This document shows positions 50,296 through 60,875 of a stretch of 64,000 nt of DNA, piece by piece. Within the stretch, counting starts at the first letter, position 1. Each line of letters begins with the position of its first letter. The DNA is from Bugula neritina (lineage: Eukaryota > Animalia > Bryozoa), in the NCBI GenBank assembly GCA_964035545.1, contig OZ037771.1, positions 12,647,133-12,711,132 on the forward strand, given 5' to 3'. Below the pieces are notes generated by a model. That model was not told the DNA's origin and did no database searches. It saw nothing but the letters and a program-made list of their open reading frames with translations. A program made the translations under genes and the position numbers.

Positions 50296-53200
50296 CTAGA
50301 GACGAGGTCGTCTCCCCCTGCTCCGAGTTGAGCTACTAGGGGAGAGAAGCTGAAAGTTCCGTAGCGCTTCAAGATTCTGTCTATTTTGCAATTCCAAAGC
50401 ATTGTTCACTCTTTCATAGTGGTCCTTCGACGCTGTTGAGCTACAAGAAAATGACAGATATATGCAACAGATATAAAAAGAATTCAAGCAAGTTTATAGT
50501 CACCATCTCTGAGAAACCCCTGAAGGGAAGGCTTTTTAATGGAGGCTAAGGACTTATTCATATCTGGCACAGGAGCAACAAACACTTGTCAGAAGTTCCT
50601 CTAGGTGCATTTATATTTTAGAGTTGGCTCCTCCCATCTGGAACAAAGGGAACCTCCATAATGGAGAGAAAGCGCATAAAATCAGTGTGGGAGGAGCCAA
50701 CTCCAAAATATACATGCCCCTAGAGGAACTCTTGAAAAGGGTCTGTTATGACTGGATGCTCTTCCCAACATTACCAATGGCCTTTACTAGGGTTCGAACC
50801 CATGACTTCATGTTTGCTAAGCCTAACACTCTAACCCCTAGACCACGGCTGCTCCCACCCGTGCATCAGATATGCTCCAAGAAATTAGACCCACTCATCT
50901 CAAAGATGTCTACATATCCCAAAGACGTCTACATATCCCAAAGATATGTAGATGTCTCAAAGATATCTACATATCCCAAAGATATCTACATATCCCAAAG
51001 ATATCTACACATCTCAGAGATATCTACATACCCCAAAGATATCCACATTAGAAAATGAGGTTACCATGTGTGACCGGTAACTGAAAGAAACAGACCCTTC
51101 AATACCAGTTTAGTCTATACATACCCAGCGGCAGTCAGGATAGAACCAAGTTGAAGAGAAGAAGCTGACTGACTCCTCAACATAGCAATTTCTGCCTTAA
51201 AAGAGGCGTCGAGTGGTGACTGTGGAAGATCAGATCTTGGTCTCCTGGTACATGACAGTGACTGTCTAGCGCTACGTTGCGGTGTTTGTGTGAGTCTACC
51301 ACGTGGTGGTGTGTGGCTAGAGTCATGTCTTGGTGTCCTGGTACATGACAGTGACTGACTAGCGCTACGTTGCGGTGTTTGTGTGAGTCTACCACGTGGT
51401 GGTGTGTGGCTAGAGTCATGTCTTGGTGTCCTGGTATGCGACAGTGACTGTCTAGCACTACGTTGTGGTGTTTGTGTGAGTCTACCACGTGGTGGTGTGC
51501 GGCTAGAGTCATGTCTTGGTGTCCTGGTATGCGACAGTGACTGTCTAGCACTACGTTGTGGTGTTCTAGTAGGTGACAGTGTTAGTGTATGCTGTGGTAT
51601 TATGGTAGACGAAAGTTGCGTAAGTTTATATCGCGGTACTCCAACAGGTGATGACGTTTGACTAGAGCTACGTTGTGGTGTTCTGGTACGTGACAGCGAC
51701 TGTTTAGAGCTACGTTGTGGTGTCCCAACAGGTGATGATACTTGTGTGTGTATACCACGTGATGTTCGAACAGGTGATGGTGTTTGTGCGAGTCTACCAC
51801 GTGGTGGTGTGTGGCTAGAGTCATGTCTTGGTGTCCTGGTATGCGACAGTGACTGTCTAGCACTACGTTGTAGTGTTTTAGTAGGTGACAGTGTTAGTGT
51901 ATGCTGTGGCATTATGGTAAACGAAGTTTGTGTAAGTTTATATCGCGGTACTCTAACAGGCGATGACATTTGACTAGAGCTACGTTGTGGTGTTCTGGTA
52001 CGTGACAGCGACTGTTTAGAGCTACGTTGTGGTGTCCCAACAGGTGATGATACTTGTGTGTGTATACCACGAGATGTTCGAACAGGTGATGGTGTTTGTG
52101 TGAGTCTACCACGTGGTGGTGTTTGGCTAGAGCCATGTCTTGGTGTCCTGGTATGCGACAGTGACTGTCTAGCGCTACGTTGCGGTGTTTGTGTGAGTCT
52201 ACCACGCGGTGGTGTTTGGCTAGAGCCATGTCTTGGTGTCCTGGTATGCGACAGTGACTGTCTAGCACTACGATGTGGTGCTTTAGTAGGTGACAGTGTT
52301 AGTGTATGCTGTGGCATTATGGTAGACGAAATTTGTGTAAGTTTATATCGCGGTACTCTAACAGGTGATGACGTTTGACTAGAGCGATGCTGTGGCATTC
52401 TGGTACAAGATGATGTTTGTGTGTGTATACCACGCGATGTTCTAACAGGTGATGGTGTTTGTGTGAGTCTACCACGCGGTGGTGTATGGCTAGAGACATA
52501 TCTTGGAGTGTTGGTACGTGACAGAGACCGTCTAGAGCGATGCGGGTTGTCTGATTGCACACGGTCACCTTTTCTTGGCAGCATTGCAATGTTTTGGTTT
52601 GTAAAAGTTGCTTCCTTTGAATTTAGGAGTCTAGCATATTCCAAACCACAACCACTTAGAGAAGAATCAGAACTGCTGTCATAGGACAGCTCAGATACAT
52701 CTAGCTCCCGACCTGTGAAGCTGGAAGAAAGACTGAGGTTGGTGTTGTCTGCCCTCTTGCCTCTACTTGCCTCACTTTCAAATAACTTGGTGCTACGTCT
52801 GTTAGGAGATTTCCTATCATAGTTGAGTTTCCTGTGAGCCAATGAATCACCAGTATCCTGATGTGAGATCTCCCACGGCATTTCTCTACCAGAGTCATAC
52901 TTGAAGCTTCCAGTCAATCTGTCAGAGTAATACTTGGAACTTTCAGCTGGCCTGCCAGAGTAATACTTGGAGCTTCCAGTCAATCTATCAGAGTAATACT
53001 TGGAGCTATAGTCACCAGAAAATGAAGTTCCTTTGGCGCCATCAGACTCTTGATCGCGTCTAAAGAAAAGAGAATCATCAATATTTACCAGAGAGAGTGG
53101 AGATTATGGAGAGATCAGTGCAAAGAAGTCTCGACGTTCTTATAAAGCGTTAGCCAAGCAAATCGGCTGTTGATGCTCCAATCAGATTGGATGGCTAAGC

Positions 53201-56200
53201 ATTTGCGGACATAGTTTTAACGTTTTAAAGGAAAACTAACATGAAACAAGGAAAAGCTAAAAATTCCTTGTGCTGAGTTTGCTTGCCGGACATGGTTTGG
53301 CTAATTTAAGTAGCACAGTTATGAAAAACAAAAACATATTATACTAAGAGCTCTAACTATAATTCAGGAGTTGCCTTCTTTTTTATAAATTGAAAATCAA
53401 CCATTTTTAGAGAAAATAAAAACAAACAGCTGTACACAAGAAATTTATTATGAATAACTGCAGTACTTTGAAACAGAAAATCTTAGGAAATCATATTAAA
53501 ACTCTCTCTATGAGAAAGTTATGTAATGAAAACTAGCATTTGCCATATTTATTAGTTTACAATGTTTCAAATGCAGCAGCACGCTTCAATTCCTTTGAAA
53601 AAACGACGATTCCCAAGAAAAAGAAATGAACACAAGTTGACCAACAAGTCAAGAGACGAGTAGTCATTTTGTGGACAGTGAGAGGGATTAGTTAGTCTCT
53701 CACCCAGCATGCTGGTGTCGGCTACCACGGTACGAATATACAGTCTTGTTGACCAGTGAGTCTGAGAAGTTGTCTGTACACGGCGGGGAAAGCTTTCCAG
53801 AGATGTCAGTGCTGGAAACTTGTCTGGAGTTTCTAGAAGAAGCTGCAGCAGATATAAGTGAGTGGATATGATGATGTAGACCAATACAGACACTATACTA
53901 TACTGTGAAACAATACACTATACTATACTATATACTATACTATAGAACAATACACTATACTATATACTATACTACACTGTAGAACAATACACTATACTAT
54001 ATACTATACTATACTGTGGAACAATACACTATACTATATACTATACTATACTGTGGAACAATACACTATACTATATACTACACTGTAGAACAATACACTA
54101 TACTATATACTATACTGTAGAACAATACACTATACTATATACTATACTATACTGTGGAACAATACACTATACTATATACTATACTACACTGTAGAACAAT
54201 ACACTATACTATATACTATACTATACTGTGGAACAATACACTATACTATATACTACACTGTAGAACAATACACTATACTATATACTATACTGTAGAACAA
54301 TACACTATACTATATACTATACTATACTGTGGAACAATACACTATACTATATACTATACTACACTGTAGAACAATACACTATACTATATACTACACTGTG
54401 GAACAATACACTATACTATATACTATACTATACTGTGGAACAATCACTATACTATATACTATATACTATACTGTGGAACAATACACTATACTATACACTA
54501 CACTGTAGAACAATACACTATACTATATACTATATACTATACTCTTCCCTTCAGACACACTCAGGTCATAGCAAGCGTGTCAAATGCTCGTATAAGGACA
54601 CAATGGTAAAATGTTTAGCAAGCCAAAGGATCCTGAAAATGAACCACCAAGAGAAGGTCTGTAGCTTCTGCTGTGTGAAATGGAGGTTGAGAAAAAGGAG
54701 AAACTAACCTGACACGTCAGCTAGGGGCGTCAGCTGAACCCTCCGCCGTTTTGCTGCATGTTTTAGAACTGGAGCATCATGAGAACGAAGGTTGTGGGTA
54801 GACTGTTCTGAATATAATATATACAGAGTAGAGTATTATATAATATATACAGAGTAGAGTATTATTATATAATATATACAGAGTAGAGTATTATATAATA
54901 TATACAGAGTAGAGTATTATATAATATATACAGAGTAGAGTATTATTATATAATATATACAGAGTAGAGTAATATTATATAATATATACAGAGTAGAGTA
55001 TTATTATATAATATATACAGAGTAGAGTATTATATAATATATACAGAGTAGAGTATTATGTAACATATACAGAGTAGAGTATTATATGATATATACAGAG
55101 TAGAGTATTATTATATAATATATACAGAGTAGAGTATTATATAATATATACAGAGTAGAGTATTATGTAACATATACAGAGTAGAGTATTATATGATATA
55201 TACAGAGTAGAGTATTATTATATAATATATACAGAGTAGAGTATTATATAATATATACAGAGTAGAGTATTATATAATATATACAGAGTAGAGTATTATT
55301 ATATAATTATACAGAGTAGAGTATTATATAGTATATACAGAGTAGAGTATTATATAATATATACAGAGTAGAGTATTATATGATATATACAGAGTAGAGT
55401 ATTATTATATAATATATACAGAGTAGAGTATTATATAATATATACAGAGTAGAGTATTATATAATATATACAGAGTAGAGTATTATGTAACATATACAGA
55501 GTAGAGTAATATATGATATATACAGAGTAGAGTATTATTATATAATATATACAGAGTAGAGTATTATATAATATATACAGAGTAGAGTATTATATGATAT
55601 ATACAGAGTAGAGTATTATTATATAATATATACAGAGTAGAGTATTATATAATATATACAGAGTAGAGTATTATATAATATATACAGAGTAGAGTATTAT
55701 ATAGTATATACAGAGTAGAGTATTATATAATATATACAGAGTAGAGTATTATATAATATATACAGAGTAGAGTATTATATAGTATATACAGAGTAGAGTA
55801 TTATATAATATATACAGAGTAGAGTATTATATGATATATACAGAGTAGAGTATTATTATATAATATATACAGAGTAGAGTATTATATAATATATACAGAG
55901 TAGAGTATTATATAATATATACAGAGTAGAGTATTATATAGTATATACAGAGTAGAGTATTATATAATATATACAGAGTAGAGTATTATATAATATATAC
56001 AGAGTAGAGTATTATATAGTATATACAGAGTAGAGTATTATATAATATATACAGAGTAGAGTATTATATAATATATACAGAGTAGAGTATTATATAGTAT
56101 ATACAGAGTAGAGTATTATATAATATATACAGAGTAGAGTATTATGTAACATATACAGAGTAGAGTATTATATAATATATACAGAGTAGAGTATTATATG

Positions 56201-58523
56201 AAGGTACACACTAGTCTTCAAGGGTTCAAAACTCTTCTTCTGCTGCCGATGCTTTTGACCTTTCTCTGACTTTACTAAGTCGTGAACCTTTAGTAGGATA
56301 TCTTCAGGGACCACACGAGTCCACCTCCTAATTGAGCAGGAAACACATGTAGAAACCACAGGCTATACCCAGGCATGTATGTTACAATAAAACACACAAG
56401 TTTAAAGTCACCATCCCTGTAAGAAACCCCTGGTGAAAAGGGTTTTTGTTAAATCGGGCTAAGGACTTATTCAGGGATTGAATCCATGACTTTATACTTA
56501 GTATAGACAAACGCTCTAACCCCTACACCATGGCTGCTTCCTATGTAGGTTATAATAACATAATGCAATTTATTGCCACAAAGTATTTTACAACAAGAAC
56601 GGTACTGATTTTCACAGTTATTTAATAAATGAAATATAGTTTAGGGAAGAGACCTATTATAACTATTATAGTTTGTATTTTATATTATCTTATAAAATAC
56701 AAACTTTGATCACTGCACAGTGTATTGGGAATCTAAAAATATTTTCCTGGAGCCCTTCGATAGCAGGACACTGGGCACGCCTACACAACGCCCGCCATAC
56801 TTGTCAAGTTTACAGCAACTGTTAAATATATTCAGAACTTACTGTACTTTCTCAGTGTGTGTAGGGAAGGTAGAACTTGCTTCTCCCCAACTATTTTCAT
56901 CTTAAAATCAAAATAAAGAGGAGATAAACACACAAGTACAATAGAGTCATGTTGCATTACACTGTTTACCTGTCGAGCATCTCTTTATAATTTTATAACC
57001 AATCTATACAGATGTTACTATACTAATCTATACAGATGTTACTATACTAATCTATACAGATGTTACTATACTAAACTATACAGATGTTACTATACTAAAC
57101 TATACATGTGTTACTATACTAAACTATACAGATGTTATACTAAACTAAACAGATGTTATACTAAACTATACAGATGTTACTATACTAAACTATACAGATG
57201 TTACTATACTAAACTATACAGATGTTACTATACTAAACTATACAGATGTTATACTAAACTATACAGATGTTATACTAAACTATACAGGTGTTACTATACT
57301 AAACTATACAGATGTTATACTAAACAGTAAACAAGTGGTCAGACCTTGAACTTCCTCTCCTGGAACAAACTCTTCCTCAGTTACATATCCATCAGAATCA
57401 CTTGCTGGATCATCTACAGTTGAAATAGTAGTAGTAGTACTAGTAGTAGTAGTAGCAGTAGTAGTAGTAGTAGTAGTATCAGTGGCAGTACTAGTAGCAT
57501 CAACAGTAAAAGTATTAGTAAAATAGTAAAAGGAGTAGCGATAGTAGTAGCAACAGTATTAGTACTAGTACTAATACTACTAGTAGTAATAGTACTAGTA
57601 CTAATACTACCACTAATAGTACTATTACTAATGCAAAGCAAAACTAACCTTCATCCTTCACATTACACCATATCTCTGGACCTTCATGTTTATATGACTC
57701 CACCAAACCTTGACATAAATGAAGAAACTGATACTAATACTACATATAAATATGGCAAAACAATGAAATGTCTATGAATAACAACTGTGGTATCACAACT
57801 CCCATTATACATAGAATACAATCGGTAAGGATGGCTTCTAATAGACAGGAAAATGCTTACCATTATTCGTTCTGATTTCCATGCGATACAAATCAAGGAC
57901 ATCATCCTTGTGTTCAGGAACATTTCCATACTACAACATTTGTAAATAACCATCTAGAAGAACTTCAACGTTATATTTTCATATTTCTAGAAAATAACAA
58001 CTTAAAAAAAGAATTTAGAAATTTTAACGCTTTTAATACAAAAAACTCACGCAAGTTTATAGCCACTATCCCTGTGAGAACCCCTGATGGAAAAGGTTTT
58101 TTAAAAGGGGGCTAAGGACTTATTTAGATGAGGAGCAATGGCCTTTACAGGGGTTCGAACCTACAACCTTGTGCTTACTAATATAGCGCTCTAACCCCTA
58201 GACCACAACAGCTCTGTCAAATACAGATTACACCACATAATGTTGTGCAATGACAAGCATTCTATCCCGGGCAAATACTCAGGATATCGATTCTGTAAAA
58301 ATAGCCACACCACATAATATTAGATAAATCAGTGCTTTAGAGTTGAGACTAATTTCTGCTCTACAATACAACTGGCTATCGTCAGACTATATTTAGCTAG
58401 AACCATATCTTCAAATATCAACATGGTATATCATATATATACTACCTTTTCAGCTATTCTATCGACTGTGTTCATAAAGTTTTCATAACTTTCTCTTGTG
58501 CTTGCAATGATACTGTCATCCAT
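50296..58523 (-). CDS. Putative Scm3/HJURP-like CENP-A chaperone with a large basic Ser/Thr/Pro/Arg repeat region (~922 aa)
   Basis: Ten phase-consistent GT-AG exons: 58523-58446, 57930-57861, 57708-57649, 57413-57345, 56900-56843, 56327-56212, 54807-54709, 53842-53704, 53059-51125, 50440-50296 (2769 nt, a single terminal stop). The N-terminus MDDSIIASTRESYENFMNTVDRIAEK|YGNVPEHKDDVLDLYRMEIRTNNG|LVESY fits the Scm3 pattern. The gene model is more certain than the family call, and the exon-6 donor is weak. Confidence 0.72.
50484..50855 (-). mobile_element. tRNA-Thr(AGT)-derived SINE, copy 5, interrupted by a nested MITE
   Basis: The SINE sequence GGAGCAA|TTATGACTGG is split by a 167-bp insert. 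Confidence 0.85.
50579..50745. mobile_element. 167-bp hairpin MITE without target-site duplication
   Basis: About 60-bp imperfect TIRs (core AGTTCCTCTAGG.GCAT.TATATTTT.GAGTTGGCTCCTCCCA). The empty site is visible in other SINE copies. Confidence 0.82.
50900..51048. repeat. 20-bp tandem repeat (CAAAGATATCTACATATCC-type)
   Basis: About 7 copies in the last intron of the minus-strand gene. Confidence 0.85.
51245..52545 (-). repeat. In-frame coding tandem repeat with higher-order structure
   Basis: ~14-codon monomers arranged in about 3 larger blocks plus 31-codon sub-duplications. The frame stays open throughout. Confidence 0.92.
53890..54542. repeat. AT-rich minisatellite (CTGT[A/G]GAACAATACACTATACTATATACTATA...)
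   Basis: Many 31-36-bp units in an intron. Confidence 0.93.
54811..56199. repeat. 26/29-bp minisatellite (TATATAATATATACAGAGTAGAGTAT) filling an entire intron
   Basis: About 50 copies running from acceptor to donor. Confidence 0.95.
56392..56541 (-). mobile_element. tRNA-derived SINE, copy 6 (internal deletion)
   Basis: Both ends match the family; the central part is missing. Confidence 0.75.
57000..57325. repeat. 21/24-bp minisatellite (CTAAACTATACAGATGTTA[CTA]TA)
   Basis: About 14 tandem copies in an intron. Confidence 0.92.
58044..58214 (-). mobile_element. tRNA-derived SINE, copy 7 (internal deletion)
   Basis: Matches the family ends; box B GGTTCGAACC is present. Confidence 0.78.
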
Positions 58524-58759
58524 TAGCAAATCATGGTGTTACTCAAAACTTGTCTTTATTCTAGAACAAGAATCGGTGTTTCCTAAAAGTTGAGACCTCA
58601 ACTATACATGATAAGGTGCTTAGTCTAAGCCATACCTCTACTACTGGGTATATTAAAATATATAATTTGTACTATTAGTTATATTAAAATATAGAATTTG
58701 TACAGCTAGTTTACTACAAATTATAATCAGATTTAGTAATCACTGGATTCTCCATACAA

Positions 58760-58935
58760 CAGGGTTGGGGTAATTGTAATTTGTAATTAATTACATTTTC
58801 TCAAGTAACTGAAATTAATTTGTAATTGATATATAAAAATTTAATTTCAATTGTAATTGTAATTAATTACATATCTAATGTAATTGATTTTTACAATTAC
58901 TTTATAATTACTTACATATCAATTTGAATTACTTC
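58760..58935. mobile_element. hAT-like element end with (GTAATT)n subterminal repeats
   Basis: CAGGGTTGGGGTAATTGTAAT... followed by repeated GTAATT/AATTAC. No partner end was found. Confidence 0.4.
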
Positions 58936-60514
58936 AAACATTTAAACCCTAAAAAATTCATGCTTTTCCTACCATGCCTACTGTTAAAGAATTTCTGACA
59001 CATTTCACTTATGCAGTACTAAAATATTCTTATATAGGTTAGTTTTCATTTGCATACTGTTTCAAGGTTGAATGCCTAAACAAGTTTGTTTTATAATGAA
59101 CTTTGTGCGAGTATGTACTGAAATGATTTGAGATTTTTGATCGGCTTAGACTTTACTGCTATTATAAAACTTATAGGTACTAGTTATAGTTAACTTTTAT
59201 TTCATGCTATTGTTAGCTGCTGCACTGCGCAGCATAATCACTGATATGGCTTGACAGTTCAAAGTTTAGTAGAATATACACATTTTATAGTAATGCTTTA
59301 ATTATAATAAACAAACTAATCTTACTGATATATGTAAAGATTTAATTACTGACTTATTCTGTTTATATCAGTTTTATTATCACTATAAAATTTATAAATA
59401 TTACTTTTCATTGATACTGAATTAATATTCTACTTCAATAAAATTATGTGTAAAATTTTATACAACTACGAGTTTAGAGTGAGTTGTGGATAAACAATTA
59501 AATTTATTCACATAATGATAATCAGCTATGAGTTAATCATAATGTATATTTTAATAATATTTTTCGTTCACAGTTGATAATTATCAATATTATATGAATT
59601 ATGAATACCATAATAATAACAATATTAATTATCAAACATAAACAAAATCATAATGACTTACTTTTAGTTTTAGATCCTTCATTCTAATTCTCATTCTGAG
59701 TCTGTCACACTCATACTCATACTTGAAGTTAATACTAAGTCTAATAGTATACTGAAAGACGAAAATGATACTGGGAGTGAGTGAATATAAACCTAAATGT
59801 GATACTCTAACTCATACTTCAAGTTCATAGTAACTCTAACTCAAACTGTAAGTAACAAGTATTATTATGATAAAGTGATTATCATTATGATAATCATAAT
59901 GGTTATCTGCTTAATTACCAATATCAATATGAATATCATAGCATTAGTGATTTGCTAACTCTACACCAACGTCATACTGACACTGATCTGATAGTCATAC
60001 CCATACGCCGTACAGATAGTCATACTCATAGTCAGTATGAGTATGATACTGAGTGTCAGTATGACTAGTAATACTGATTGAGTGATACTCAATTTAGAAA
60101 TAGATTTAGACTAGTCAAACTCAATGTCATTATGATTACGATGTCGATTAATATAAATATAATTATTGTATTGTATGAATATTATATTTATAATCATAAT
60201 GATAATGATTATCATTATGATAATTATTAGACTCGGTGATTACATTTTGATTTACTGATAGTGATACTCATACTGATACTGATACTAATGTCATACTGAT
60301 ACTGATAGACGATAGTGATTGGTGATAAAGAATTTTTATTTAGGGCGGTATTTTACATTTCAAATGATACTTTACCGATAATTTTTTTAAGCTTTGACAA
60401 ATTTCAATTTGATGTAAATCCTAGTCAGTGTAATTTTCCACTACTACAGATCATTACAAATTTTAAGTTATGATTATTATTACTTCAGCAAGACCAACAT
60501 GAACCACAGTAAAA

Positions 60515-60625
60515 ATTCATGCCGCGAAAACGTTCAAATTTCTATCGTCATTATCCAATGATTTAGCCTAAAAAGCCAAATAACAATGCGGTTGAAGGTC
60601 GCTTACAGGCGCGCACTCGATTTTT
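60515..60625. promoter_or_regulatory. Candidate bidirectional cell-cycle promoter: E2F site, CHR and CCAAT
   Basis: The minus strand reads TTTGAA-CG-TTTTCGCGGC (60538-60521). CCAAT at about 60555 and GGCGCGC at about 60608. The site lies between the divergent Scm3-like gene and FPGT. Confidence 0.55.
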
Positions 60626-60875
60626 CACAATTCTCATCATAGAAACAGGTTAGACCTTGACATTTGGATGATCTCTCGCTCTACAACCAATACACTTACG
60701 TTATTCCCTGGAACTGTCATGAGTGCAGTTATGTGAACAGTATCCATAAAAATGGATTGCTCCTGCGAAAGGCTTGTAAACCACTCAAATTTTACAGCAG
60801 ATGGGTTGGTTCTCTGTGCAATCAGTACAATTTATACAATTTTTAAAGTAGCTAGTGACTAAATATAAAGCACAA

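Noticed and set aside
50624-51058. 144-aa plus-strand ORF
   Set aside because: Chance frame across a MITE, a SINE and a tandem repeat.
51177-52684. Overlapping His-rich (-) and Val/Cys-rich (+) ORFs
   Set aside because: They are alternative frames of the coding tandem repeat. Only the 622-aa frame is continuous and splices in phase at both ends.
58230-58292. Extra exon candidate (NRYPEYLPGIEC...) in intron 1 of the Scm3-like gene
   Set aside because: No clean in-phase donor, and inclusion would split the conserved EK|Y motif.
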